In this document: piece after piece, positions 25,942 through 39,773 of the stretch
How positions within the stretch are numbered: position 1 is the first letter of the stretch
Layout of the letters: every line of letters begins with the position of its first letter
Source of the DNA: Chrysomallon squamiferum
Lineage: Eukaryota; Animalia; Mollusca
NCBI GenBank assembly: GCA_012295275.1
Contig: CM022678.1
Coordinates: 10,912,001-10,976,000, forward strand
DNA length: 64,000 nt
Reading direction: 5' to 3'
Made by a program: the position numbers and the translations under genes
Notes under the pieces: generated by a model
The model's input: the letters and a program-made list of their open reading frames with translations, nothing else
Database searches by the model: none
What the model was told of the DNA's origin: nothing

Positions 25942-27888
25942 GTTGTTGTTGTTGTTGTTGTTCTTTGACCCTGAATGCTCTGTCTTGCTAGTAATCTCTC
26001 TTCACATACTTTAGAAATAACAGGTCTTCATCGTTCGTGTTTCCTACCTATCCACTGTACTGACGTATATCATTTTCAAGTTTCAGTTGTGTTTGTAGAA
26101 ATTGTTTAAAGCGCAGTGAAGCGTGACGTATACTTGCGAGACCGCGTGTGTGACCCAGCAGCCCGTTCAGTGAGGCGTTTAAAAACAAAATCTTTTCAAC
26201 TCGAGTCAGTTGTTTGCGCCAGTAGCCACTACACGACCGGACGGGTTCTTATTCGACTAAAGCTGTACACTGTGTGTTCAAGCTGTACACTGGTAACACT
26301 TCGTGCATATTGCCATGTATTTATATATTTTTTCTTTTTCATTCCTTGCATACTTGTCACTGATATTTTGTAAAGATAATTCCATCAGTGAATGGTATAC
26401 ACGTAATTATTTAGTGTAAATACAGGGTTAATGCGTACAGTATTCAGTGACTCATCTTCATAATGATAAGTATTAAAATAATAATAATGACAGTCACAGT
26501 AATAATAATATTAATAATAATGATAATAATAATAATAATAAAATAGAGCGAAAAATGTATTCCCATAATCTCTCTCTCTTTCTCTCACTCTGTGTGCGTG
26601 TGTGTGTGTGTGCGTGTGTGTTTCTGTATGTCTGACTCTTCATTCTTATCTTAGAACGTGGTTATTATGATACACCAGTTTCAACTCATCAATTCTATCC
26701 AACAAGAAAAACAGAAAAATACAAGACAACGATTAGAAGAAAGAAAGAAATAAAGAAATAACCAGAGAGAAAGAAGGAAAGAAGGTACCAGAAAAATAGC
26801 ATCAAAAACTAAATAAGCAGACGTCAACATCGAACAAAACCGTCAACGACAACACGGCGGCATCTGAGCTAAACGTCAACATCCAAACCAAACAACAACT
26901 GCAACAATAATAATAATAATAAAAAATAAATCAACAACGACGACACTAAAGTATTTTCGGAAACGCGTACACTGCAATGAGACCAGCTTTGCACACAGAC
27001 ACAGACACTGTCAGAATGTCGAGCTAGCTTGAAGAGAAACAGTCTAATGACCTACATTTCACAGCAGACGTAACATAAAACATGGACAAGCTGCACATTA
27101 TTTCTAAAACATCGATATCTGAAACTTGTGCCATTAAAAGCAACGCGGAGAAAAAAAAAAAAGAAGCATATATGCGATATGTACTTTAAAAGAAAACACA
27201 TAATAAAATACACGTAAATAAACAGCGGCAGAATGTTCTGATGCACTTAAACCAGCGAACTAGCTCGTGATACTTACATCGCTTGATAAAATGTCTATCG
27301 TGTCTGGGAGCGCCTCCAATCCAGATCAGTGACCTCCACCTTCGTCTGGAGATTTCCTTTTCAAGAAGATTTTCGTCGAAAAAAAGCAAATCACACCCAC
27401 GGATTCCAGGAAGCGCTTACTACTTTTGAAACATTCACAGAACGACGGAACCTTTTTCTACGAAATCTATTTTTGGCTCTGTAAACACTTCGGGAAAAAT
27501 TGGGTCACATCACAAAGAGTTTTTGTCTCGAGATGAGCTGGTACGTGCCGATTCGTCTGTCTCGGACACTGCAGTAGGTCGCGTTGTACCCGATTCAAGA
27601 CGGTACACCCCCAGTCCACTTTGTACGTGTTTCAGTAATTTACACGCACGAATACATTTCGTTGAAAAACAGAAAGATGACGCGTGTCGAACAGCTTCAC
27701 CTAACCTTTCAGCATTTGTGGAAAACAGGTTGGAAGACAATAACACTATTTTATGTTTATTTTTTCTCCCAGACAGTTTCGAAGTGGCTAAAAATAAGTT
27801 TTACTAAAACTTAAATAGTTTAATAATAATAAAATGCAGTTTAAAAGTTTTTATATCTGTAAAATGAATAAATGAAAAATGTTTCTTT

Positions 27889-28015
27889 ACTTACTGCAGA
27901 GAACGGAATAAACGGAGCACGTTTTGTGATCAGATTGAAATGAAACTAATGTGATGGTCACGTGACAAAAATACTCCTACGAAAAGTGACGATGATTGCC
28001 GACGTTATCACTGTT
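27889..28015 (-). promoter_or_regulatory. First-exon/promoter module of gene E with CLEAR-type E-box
   Basis: Donor at 27889-27894 and GTCACGTGAC at 27957-27966. Confidence 0.6.
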
Positions 28016-28322
28016 ACTTTCTGAGGTTGTCTTAATACTGAAAGGAAGCTGTAGTTGCTGCTGCTGATAATGATAACAGTGATAATTATAATAATGACGA
28101 TGACGACGATGATGATAAACAAGAAAACAAAAGTTCTGTGATTTATGTTTATTTGCTTTATGACGTAATATACATTTTACATATCAAAAAAACACGTACA
28201 TCTCGAAAATATGTCTAATTTTAACTACAAGTCCATAAGGACTACTGCTTATGAAAGCTGTTAAATTAGTAGATGTAATTAATTATTTAATAAACCCAAG
28301 GCAGTCTCATCACGTGACTTCT

Positions 28323-28558
28323 TTAATTTTCAGTGCCTCGGATGTTTGACATCTCACGTGACATCTGACAAAGAGCGCAGTTTGGACACCAGTAAAGTAT
28401 ACAGCAGTCCTCCATAATAGTCCCCTTTAGTAAATAAATAAATAAATAAATAAATAAATATACTACGAACAAACAAACAAAATAATAATAATAATGACAC
28501 ATAAAGACAGACAAATAGAGAAGTAAAACCAGAGAGAGAAATATACATAAACAAACAC

Positions 28559-28593
<35 letters not shown>

Positions 28594-29852
28594 TAGATAG
28601 ATAGATAGATAGATATATATAGATAGATAGATAGATAGATATAAACCTAGAGAGACAAACAGACAGATAGCTAGACAGGTAGAGATATATATGAGTGTGT
28701 ATGTGTGTGTGTGTGTATATATAAACGTAATAAGTAAGATCACCATGATGTTGTGTTGAGTTCTCAGCTTTGTTCTCAAAGCTAACATTCCACCCACAAC
28801 ACAGCAGGGTACACAGCACGACTCCCCCAGGTCACTGGCCACGTGACACGCCAAAATACAGGGGCAGAAAAACCCGAGTAAACCTGCAAATACCACACCC
28901 ATTACTACTTGTGCTTCAACCTCCAGCACAACCAACACCTGCACCATCTCTAATACTACTACTACTCCTACTACTACTACTACTACTCCTACTACTACTA
29001 CTAAAAGTATTAACATCACCAGAATTTACTACTTTTATTATTATTACCTATACTTCTATTAATATTGCTACTTAAGTCTACTACTATCACTTCTGCTAGT
29101 CTACTATTAGTAGTATTACGTAGGTCTACTACTACTATCATTACTACTTATCTACTGTTAGTCTACTGTTAGTACTACTACTTGAATCTATTACTACTAT
29201 CACAACTACTACTAGTAGTCTACTATTAGAACTACTACTTAAGATTACTACTACTATCACTACTACTTGTCTACTATTAGTTCAGTCTACTAGTACTATT
29301 ACTACTACTAGTCTACTATTAGAACTACTACTTCAGTCTACTACTACTAGTCTACTATTAGAACTACTACTTCAGTCTACTACTACTATCACCACTACTA
29401 GTCTACTATTAGTACTACTTCTGCTGCCGTTATAATTAATATATCTTCTATTGTAGCTAGTACAGCAATTTCCACTACTATCACTATTACTAGTACAACT
29501 ACTATTACTAGTACTGTTGTTTTATCATCATCATCACCATAATCGTCATTATCACCAGCAATTATTAAATAGATAGGAAATATTATTACATAGATGAGTA
29601 AGTTTTTATCAGCAAGTTATAATCAGTTCATACAGAGTACAGTGTGGAAACGTATAAATTATTAAAGTGCATTCGTACGAAATGTTCCGGACGATACCGA
29701 GGAATAACGAAGAACGTACATGAACCGATGTCGTCGAAGCAGCCGCATACTCCCGTGCTCCACGTCCTAGGTGTCGCGTTCTGCATTCCCATTGGCTGGT
29801 TGACAATTACAGTCGTGTGACGTTCTTGCTGAGTTGTGATTGGCTGAGACAT
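28323..29852 (-). CDS. PLAC8/cornifelin-family gene F (type II), 3 coding exons, ~124 aa
   Basis: Exons 29720-29852 (MSQPITTQQERHTTVIVNQ..WSTGVCGCFDDIGS), 28744-28883 (LLGFFCPCILACHVASDLGESCC..RTQHNIM), 28323-28424 (GTIMEDCCILYWCPNCALCQMSREMSNIRGTEN*). Confidence 0.9.
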
Positions 29853-29959
29853 GGCTAGAGGCGGGTTCAGGTGGATGAGTGAAGTAATCTGAGATCTTTG
29901 TGAAACGAAGAAATGTAAATGTTCCGTCTTGTTTTTTTACTATTATTTATTTATTTATT

Positions 29960-30027
<68 letters not shown>

Positions 30028-30213
30028 TTTATTTTGAATAACGATTTATTTATTATTATTTACTAATGGACAGTATGAAAAAAACAACAGTTATATAGAC
30101 ATACATGATAACAACAACAATAATAATAGTAGTAATAGTAATGATAATAATAGCACCTAATAGAAATAACAACAGTAATAACAATAATGATAATAATAAT
30201 TCAAATCTAATAA

Positions 30214-30252
<39 letters not shown>

Positions 30253-30347
30253 TAATTGTTTTAAGAAGTCAAATATTCTGTGTTTTCAAGAATTTATACG
30301 CACAGAAATACACAAAGACCTTAGTGTACTGGTTCAAACCTTCAGCT

Positions 30348-30446
<99 letters not shown>

Positions 30447-30460
30447 GAGGGAGAGAGAGG

Positions 30461-30491
<31 letters not shown>

Positions 30492-30498
30492 GATACAC

Positions 30499-30615
<117 letters not shown>

Positions 30616-30978
30616 AGGTCTTTGTCATAAGAAAGAAGCTATCGATGTGATTATATTTCTATTGTCAATTTTGATCCTAATTTTCAGTTTTAAATATTTT
30701 TCAACGTTTTTCAACTGTTTTTCCAAAATCGATGACAATTTTCTACTTAACAAAAGAAATGAACAGTTTAAATATATTTTCAAAAACATGGAAAATTAAA
30801 TGGCTTTTAAAAGTAAATTGTGCATACTTACTAACTTCGTTCTGCTGTTATGAAACGAGCGTCTTCAAAGTTAGAGACAGGGATATGACAAATTAAAGAT
30901 TATATTTATATCCTGCGTTATTTCCTAAACATTGATGTCATCAAGTGACACTGTGTTATGTTAGTGTGTGTGTGTGTT

Positions 30979-31049
<71 letters not shown>

Positions 31050-31643
31050 GTAACAATCAAAAGACGGATGTCGTAATTCTAAGAATTCACTAAGTTTACA
31101 TCCTCATTACTTTTCTTACTGGTCTGTGTCACCCACAAATTTAAACTTGTATGTTATTATTTTATTAGTAGTAGTTGTAATAGTAGCATAGTAGTAGTAG
31201 TAATAGTAGTAGTAGTAGTAGTAGTAGTAGAAGAAGTAGAACAAGTAGTAGTGAAATTTATGTACCTAAAAGACTGAGAGAAAATATAATGAATTAAATC
31301 ACAGCAATAACATTATTAATAACAATAATTCACGAATAACACTCAGAAATGCATAAACGGCAATTTAAACAAAAAGATAGAAAATGCTATTTTAAAATGT
31401 TTATTTTCACTTTTTTCTTTCTTTTTCCAGTCTGTATTTTCTTTAACAAGCAATATAGCACGTTTATTCAAAACTAAAAATACATTTTCCTCTTCCAAAT
31501 GAACAGTATTAAAATGTGACAAGTACAATATATATATATATATTACGAAACGAAAAACTCACTATTTACTATTTCTCTTATCATTATTATGATCATCCTA
31601 ATCATCATGTCATTATCATTATAATGATTATTAACAGGTTTGG

Positions 31644-31756
31644 TCATTGATACTTCTGAATATTCTGGATGTGGCTCAGTTCACGCGCCATCTGACAAAC
31701 TGCGCATGTCGGACAGCAAAAGATCACACAGCTGTCATCCATTATGCTTCCCTTCA

Positions 31757-31845
<89 letters not shown>

Positions 31846-31858
31846 TAATAATAATAAC

Positions 31859-31914
<56 letters not shown>

Positions 31915-31943
31915 TAATAATAACAATAATAATAACAATAACA

Positions 31944-31985
<42 letters not shown>

Positions 31986-32173
31986 TAATAATAATAACAA
32001 TAACAATAATAATAAGACTGAATGGAAATAATAATAAGAATAAAGAATAATAATAAGAGAGAGATAATAATAACAGACAATAATAACAATAAGACACAAG
32101 GAATCAGATAATAAGAAAGAGACAGAGACACACAGAGACACAGAAGCAGACTGAATCGGAGAGGCGGAGACAT

Positions 32174-32264
<91 letters not shown>

Positions 32265-32496
32265 GAGCTAGACAGAGAGACACAAGGAATCAGATAGACA
32301 GAAAGAGACAGAGACGTACAGAGACAAAGAGAGAGACAGACAGACAAACAGAGATATACAGAGAGGCACAGAGAGAGAAACAGAGAGAAACAGAGAGGCA
32401 CATGGAGAGAGACAGAGAGAAAGAGAACAGAGACAGAGAGACAGAGAGAGACAGAGATACACAGAGAGACAGTGAGACAGAGATATACAGAGAGAC

Positions 32497-32533
<37 letters not shown>

Positions 32534-32788
32534 GAGTAAGGTATTACTTGTATGTTGTTCTGAACTCTCAGCTTGGTTCTCATGGCGACTAAACCGCCAT
32601 TAACACAAAACGGAACACAACACGACTCACTGAGATCAGTGGCAACCTGACACGCCAAACAACTCGGACAGAAGAAGCCAAAGCAACCTGGAAAAACAAA
32701 TAATAGATGACGAAACAAATAAACTAGTAAATAAATAAATAAATATATGTAATATAAGAATATAATAAAATGAAATAAAATAATAAAG

Positions 32789-32880
<92 letters not shown>

Positions 32881-33108
32881 ACATATATAAGATTGTTATG
32901 ATACAGTAAAAAGACTCAGTTTTGGAAAGTCTATTCGAAACTGGATTTTAAAACATTAATCAGAGATTCCGAACTTTAACGAAAACCTACACGAGTTCAC
33001 ATCGTCGAAGCATGCGCATATTCCCGAACTCCACATCCTTGTTCCGAAATTAAAACTGGTCTGTGGCTGACTTGTTATTGGGGACGTGCTTAGTAGCTGA
33101 TGGCTCAT
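31644..33108 (-). CDS. PLAC8/cornifelin-family gene G (type I, lacks the MAE exon), ~121 aa
   Basis: Exons 32991-33108 (MSHQLLSTSPITSQPQTSFNFGTRMWSSGICACFDDVNS), 32548-32687 (CFGFFCPSCLACQVATDL..), 31644-31751 (GSIMDDSCVIFCCPTCAVCQMARELSHIQNIQKYQ*). Confidence 0.85.
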
Positions 33109-33534
33109 TGTCTGAGAAACAAACTCAAATAATACCTGTCTAAAACAAAATTTTGATACGAAACAAAATAATACAAAAATAAAAATATTATTAAAAAAGT
33201 ACGCCATTTTTGGTTTTCAAAATGTCTGACACAGAGTAATATAATATTCTAAAAAAAAAAAAAAAAATTTAAACAAACATTTCTGTCGATTAGGAGAGAT
33301 AACTCTTGTTTAGGTCAAGTAAGAAATATAACTCGGGTTTGTCACCGTCTTTTGTTTTCGATATATTCAAGTGTGTATTATATCCCCTTCTTTTTTACTA
33401 GACTCGTCATTTCTGCCTAATCGTGACGTCATCACATACAGCACAAACCGTTTTATTTCTTCAGATGATATAGGGGAAAAAACTACAATTATAAATCCGT
33501 TACGTAGACTATGACGTCACGAACTTTTTTCTCA

Positions 33535-34055
33535 GTGGTTATATACTGTGGGATAGGCTGTAACTAACGGATTTACCCATGAATCCAAGAACCCCATCAC
33601 GAACGCGGAAGAATATTTCTGAGGATGAGGACAGGGAACAAAGCCATGTTATTCCACCCCAAGAACTGAAATCGGTTTTCTGGTGCTGGAACAAACTTTC
33701 CAAAATTCTTTAGGACTATCATCCCGACAGCAGAAACGAGCTTTAATAGTTTTAATGGCCCAATTTTCGTAGGTCCAGAAATGCAGTCAATCCTGGATTC
33801 CTTCTTTAACAAACCTGCTGCAGACGAACTCACCAAAGAAGGCAAGAAAGGATGACTCCTACTCCTTCCCCTTCTCCTCAGTAAATATCTCCTCTCCTCC
33901 CCCTCTCCTCTGCCTCCTCTCCTGCAAGCTCAACGACACTTCAGGAGCTTAAATGTACGTCTGTAAACTTATTTTTCTTTTTAACATGTATTTCACTGGA
34001 CCCTATTACGAGCGAGGCCCCCAAACCAATTAGATTCGATATAAGGTATCCACTG
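33535..34055 (+). mobile_element. Degenerate pogo/Tigger-like DNA transposon, 3' remnant
   Basis: Broken + strand translation ISEDEDREQSHVIPPQELKSVFWCWNKLSKIL*DYHPD ... MQSILDSFFNK resembles the Tigger/TIGD transposase C-terminus (K..W....HP; QxxLDSFF). It ends in the TIR-like ..TTCGATATAAGGTATCCACTG followed by TA. Recognised from memory of the family, not from a search. Confidence 0.65.
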
Positions 34056-34285
34056 TACATGTGTTTTGCAGTTTTATTAAATTATCGGGTTGTTTTTTTT
34101 CTTTTTCTGCCTCGTGTGAATGAATTTGACTGCGTTGTTTCACTGTAAAGTGTTGTCAGTTTTCTTTCTACAGACAGTTTGTCAGTATATAATGTCACCC
34201 TTTGTTCTGTTTTTTTTTTCTACTTTATAACAACTATTTCACGATCAACTGATTTTTTTTTTTTTTATTTCACGTTTTTTTTCTT

Positions 34286-34321
<36 letters not shown>

Positions 34322-34945
34322 CATTATTTTTATTAATATTATTACTATCATTTTTTCGTGTTCGTCTTTGATCCAAGAAAGCTCTGTCTCGCTGGTTATC
34401 TTTCTTTAACTACTTGACAAACACAGAAATAACAGCTCTTCTTCAGCTTTCGTATTTCCTGCCTATCCAGTATACTTCTGTATCATTTTCAAGTTTCGGT
34501 TCTGGTTTTCAGAAACTGTTCCAGTCCCAGTTTAACGCGACGTTAACCCGCGACTCAGCATCCAGTTCAGAAACATTTTCTCAAAAAAAACGGTTTTCAG
34601 CTCGAGTATCTCACGACAGTACCCGGTACGACTGTACTCCAGTAGAAGCCATCCCGTCAGGCGCGTCGTTCCACACAGAAAACACTGTCTAATCTGTACT
34701 TGTTGCCAAACAGACCGTGACGCCTTTCAAGTTGCGTCATTTAACTTGTCAAGCGTTTGTTCGTGCAAGCAGGTGGTTAAAAATAAAACTAGTTTGTGTC
34801 TTTTCTCGTAAACAGTTTCTAAGCGGTAAAAAACCTACTTTTCTCAAAACTTAAATAGTTTAATAATAAGATACGGTTTAAAAGTTTTATATTTGTGAAA
34901 TAAATAAAAAAATAAATTAATTAATTAATTCGAAAGTGTTTCTTT

Positions 34946-35075
34946 ACTTACTGCAGGAAACGGAATAAATGGAGCACGTTTTGTGATCAGGAAGATGAAA
35001 TGAGATTAATGTGATAGTCACGTGACAAAATACTCCTCCGGAAAGTGACGATGATTGCCGACGTTATCAGTGTTA
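34946..35075 (-). promoter_or_regulatory. First-exon/promoter module of gene G with CLEAR-type E-box
   Basis: Donor at 34946-34951 and GTCACGTGAC at 35017-35026. Confidence 0.6.
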
Positions 35076-35450
35076 CTTTCTGAGGTTGTCATAATACTGA
35101 AACTAAGCTGTTGCTGTTGCTGCTGCTACTACGACTACTGTTATGACTACTACTAATACTACAAATACTACTAATAATGATGATATCGATGATGGTGATA
35201 ATGATAACGGTGATAATTATAACGACGTCGACGATGATAAACAAGAAAACAAAAGTTCTGTGATTTACGTTTGTTTGCTTTATGGTGTAATACACACTTT
35301 ACATATCAAAAATTAAGTACGCCTGGAAAATATATCTAATTTTAACCATAAGTCCACAATTACTCGAGCTTATAAAAGCTGTGAAATTAGCAGCCGTAAT
35401 TAATTACTGAAAAACAGACAAGTCTGATCACGTGACTTGTCGTAGGCAGA

Positions 35451-36612
35451 TTAAAACTGCTGGGTTGCGCGGAGGTAAGATATCTCACGTGACATCTGAC
35501 AAAGAGCACACAGTGGACAGCAACACAGCTTGGAAGAGTCATCCATTATACTTCCCTAAATAGATAAATAAATAAATAAATAAATAATTCCTTATCGACA
35601 AACAAGTAAATAGATAAATAATCATATCAGTGAATACATAAATAAAAATAGTGCAAATAAAAAACAAACGATCGAATAAACAAATAGAAAACGTTTAGAG
35701 ACGTATAATTACAGACAAAACTGATAATAAATATAGTGACAAAACCAGATAGAGAGAGACATAGAGGGATATATGGACTGACAGAGAAACAAACGGAACG
35801 GAGAGACAGACAGGCAGATAGACAGACAGACAGGTTGGTAGATAGACAGACAGACATACAGATATGTACGTAGGTAGATAGGAAGATAGATTGATAGACA
35901 GAGAGAGAGACAGATAAACGTAATAAGTAAAATCACCACGATGTTGTGTTGAGTTCTCAGCTTTGTTCTCAAAGCTAACATTCCACCCAGAACACAGCAG
36001 GGTACACAAGATGACTCCCCCAGGTCAATGGCCACCTGACACGCCAAAAACCAGGGGCAGAAAAACCCGAGAAGACCTGCAAATACCACACCCATTACTA
36101 CACCGTCACAACCAACACCACCACTATCACTACTACAACCACCACCAACTATCAATATATGATGATAGGATATATTATTATTTAGATGAGTAAATTTGTA
36201 TTACTGGTACAACTACTGTTACTGTCATCATCATTATCGCCATTATCGTCATTATCACCATCAATAATTAAATGGACAGAAAATATTATTACATAGATGA
36301 GTAAGTTTTTAATCAGCAAGTTATAATCAGTTCATACAGAGTACAGTGTGGAAACGTATAAATTATTAAAGTGCATTCGTACGAAATGTTCCGGACGTTA
36401 CCGAGGAATAACGAAGAACGTACATGAACCCATGTCCTGAAAGCAGTCGCATATTCCCGTGCTCCACATCCTGGGACCCACGTTCTGCGTTGACTGGTTG
36501 ACAATCACGGTCGTCTGCTGCTGCTGCTGAGCTGTGTACGGCTGGGGCGGGGCTAGAGGCGGGCCTGGTTGCTGGCTTATGATTGGCTGGGGCGTGTCTA
36601 GAGGCGGTCCAG
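35451..36612 (-). CDS. PLAC8-family gene H (type II), 5'-truncated by fusion to gene I
   Basis: Exons 36424-~36612 (..PGPPLAPPQPYTAQQQQQTTVIVNQSTQNVGPRMWSTGICDCFQDMGS), 35937-36076 (LLGFFCPWFLACQVAIDLGESS..), 35451-35555 (GSIMDDSSKLCCCPLCALCQMSREISYLRATQQF*). The original start is missing. The first in-frame ATG is at 36467-36469 and would give ~96 aa. Confidence 0.6.
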
Positions 36613-37330
36613 GATGTTGTGTTGAGTTCTCAGCTTTGTTCTCAAAGCTAACATTCCACCCGTAACACAGCAGGGTACCGCAACAAAGCACGACTCCCCC
36701 AGGTCACTGGCCACGTGACACGCCAAAATACAGGGGCAGAACCACCCGAGAAGACCTGAAAATACCACACCCATTACTGCTTCAACACCACCAGCACAAC
36801 CAACACCTGCACCATCTCTAATACTACTACTACTACTACTACGACATCTAGTAATACTATTACTGCTAATAATTTTCTATTATTAGTACTACTACCGCTG
36901 ACACTTCAACAACAGCAACCACTATTGTTACTGCTATTGCTGCTGCTGCTACTACTACTACTACTACTACTACTAATTATTATTATATAGATGATGAAGT
37001 TAATGATAGGAAATATTACTATTTAGATGAGTACAGTGTGGAAACATCTAAATTATTAAAGTGCATTCCTACGAAATGTTCCGGACGTTACCGAGGTATA
37101 ACGAAGAACGTACATGAACCCAAGTCCTGAAAGCAGCCGCATATTCCCGTGCTCCAAATTCTGGGACCCACGTTCTTCGTTGACTGGTTGACAGTCACAG
37201 TCGTGTGCTGTTGTTGCTGAGCTGTGTTTGGCTGGGGCGGGGCTAGAGGCGGGCCTGGTTGCTGGCTTATGTATGAATGGGGCGTGTCTAGAGGCGGTCC
37301 AGGTTGCTGGCTTATGATTGGCTGAGACAT
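36598..37330 (-). CDS. PLAC8-family gene I (type II), C-terminally truncated by fusion (~124 aa, possible pseudogene)
   Basis: Exon 37114-37330 (MSQPIISQQPGPPLDTPHSY..WSTGICGCFQDLGS) splices to an exon starting at 36755 (LLGWFCPCILACHVASDLGESCFVAV..QHNI). That exon runs into gene H exon 1 out of frame and stops at TAG 36598-36600 (..HNILDRL*). Confidence 0.6.
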
Positions 37331-37914
37331 GGATAGAGGCGGGTTCCAAAGAATTACTATGGTAATCTGAGATCGTTGTAAAATGAAGAAATTTAAATGT
37401 TCCGTTCTTGTCTTTTTTTTTTTTTTTTTTAACTATTACAACAACAATAATAAAATAATAATAACAATAATAACAATAATAACAATAATAATAATAACAA
37501 TAATAACAATAACAATAATAATTTTTATTATTATCATTCAAATCGAATAGCATGTTGTTGGGTTTTTTTTAATTGATATATATATATATATGATTTTTAC
37601 AAAAAAGTAAACCATTTCAAATATCTTGACTTATAATATCCCGTGTTACGTGTTTTCAAGAAATTATACATTCACAAAATACATTTCGTAGAAAACAGGA
37701 TTTTATCTAAACCTTCGTCACCTAACTTATCAGAACTTGTTTGCCAAGACTGAACGAAGTCAAAGTTTTCTGATTAGCAAGTTGAAATGAAACGCCATCA
37801 ATGTTATCTTTTCACATAGTTCTAATTTTGATAATAAGATGCTAAGGTACTTCAGAGCTGATAAGTATATTTATATGTATATGATAGATATACTGGTATA
37901 TATGTGTGCGTGTG

Positions 37915-37989
<75 letters not shown>

Positions 37990-38460
37990 TATAAAATAAA
38001 AAATGCAGAGGTGTACTAGGTAAGCTATTTTCAGGTATACAAAATGTTTTTAAGGATATCTGTTACAACTAGATTTGTGTCAAAACTTCAAAAAGAAATC
38101 AAATAAACAATTATAAAAACATTTTTATTTTGGTCGTAAATGCCAATATAAAAAATAATAAATAAATTAATTAATTAATTATGAAAGAAAAAGAAAACTT
38201 GTTTAATTAAGGAATTTAAAGGAAAACTTTGTTCAGCACACAAATAAAACAGAAACAAAATCAATGATCCATCAGAAACAAAAAATGAAAAAAATGAAAA
38301 ACAGATCTAAGAAATACACATTAAAAACACCAACAAATAAACAGTCTTTAAAAACAATAAACAGAACGTATAATAATGATGATGATGATAATAATAAAAA
38401 ATATAGCAGAAAGATAATAATAACAATAATAATAACAATAAAACATATGAAGAGAAATAC

Positions 38461-38511
<51 letters not shown>

Positions 38512-38882
38512 TCAAGTTGAGCAGCATGTTATTGGGTATTTTTATTTCTGTATAATGACTGTTATACAGTGTAATGTGTTTCAATTTTCTTGACTTAAAA
38601 TATCAAGTGCTGCATGTTTTCAAGAATTTATACAAACAAAAAAATATATATATTTCGTAGAATAAAAGGATTCTAACAAAAATTGCGTGACCTAACGTGT
38701 CAGAATTTGTTTCGTTAGACTGAACAAAATCCGACTTTTTTGTTTTTCTCCAAAAAGCTAAGTAGCATAAATCATTATTCTGAAATTGAACTTAAAACAT
38801 GTAATATACAGACATATAGAGATATACAGATAAAAAACATATAGTTGTATTAAAGAAAATTAAATATATTTTGTTTTGTTTG

Positions 38883-39405
38883 ACTTACTGTAAGAAACAG
38901 AATAAGTCGAACACCTCTTGTTACCAGCAAGTTGAAATGAAACTAATGTGACAGTCACGTCACAAAATACTGCCCCCCACATGTTATCCTGGTAGCCAAT
39001 GTTATCACTATTATCATTTCAAGTGGATAAACTTTTGAATGTGTTTTGCTACTCCACTTACAAAGGTTATGTGTATATTTTATATCAGCGTATACAGATA
39101 TAAAATAAAATAAAATGAAAAACTCAGACATTTATTATGTAAAGCTGTTTTCAGGTATACAAAAATACGTAATTAAGAATATCTGTTACAACTAGATAAC
39201 AGTGAAACTATTTCTTTCCCTCGTATATGCCAATATAAAAAAAAAAAAAAATAATAATAAATACAAATATTTCTTTATTTACTCTAGGAAACGGAATAAA
39301 TGGAGCACCTTTTGTGATAAGCAAGTTAAAAAGAAACTAATGTGATGGTCACGTGACAAAATACGTCTCCGAAAAGTCACGGAGATTGCCGATGTTATCA
39401 TTGTT
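38883..39405 (-). promoter_or_regulatory. Two tandem first-exon/promoter modules upstream of gene I
   Basis: Donors at 38883-38888 and 39277-39282. GTCACGTCAC at 38954-38963 and GTCACGTGAC at 39348-39357. Confidence 0.55.
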
Positions 39406-39773
39406 ACTTTCTGAGGTTGTTATAATATTGAAACTAAGCTGTTGTTGCTGCTACTACAACTACTACTACTACTACTAATAATAATAATAATAATAATGAT
39501 GATGACGATGATGATGACAGTGATAATTATAACGACGATGACGACGATGATGATAAACAAGAAAACAAACGTTCTGTGATTTATGTTTATTTGGTTTAAG
39601 ACGTAATATACATTTCACATAATAAAAACACGTACATCTCGAAAATATGTCTAATTTTAACTACAAGTCCATAAATATTACTGCTTACAAAGTACTGTGA
39701 AATTAGTAGCTGTAATTAATTATTAAAAAAACAAACAAACGTCTCTGATCACGTGACTTCTTATAGCCGACAT

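Noticed and set aside
27270-27620. Extra coding exon (diverged homologues at ~50790-51130 and ~58750-59100, each with a GTAAGT donor)
   Set aside because: The frames I translated contain stops and no recognisable protein. At most a non-coding exon or old intronic sequence.
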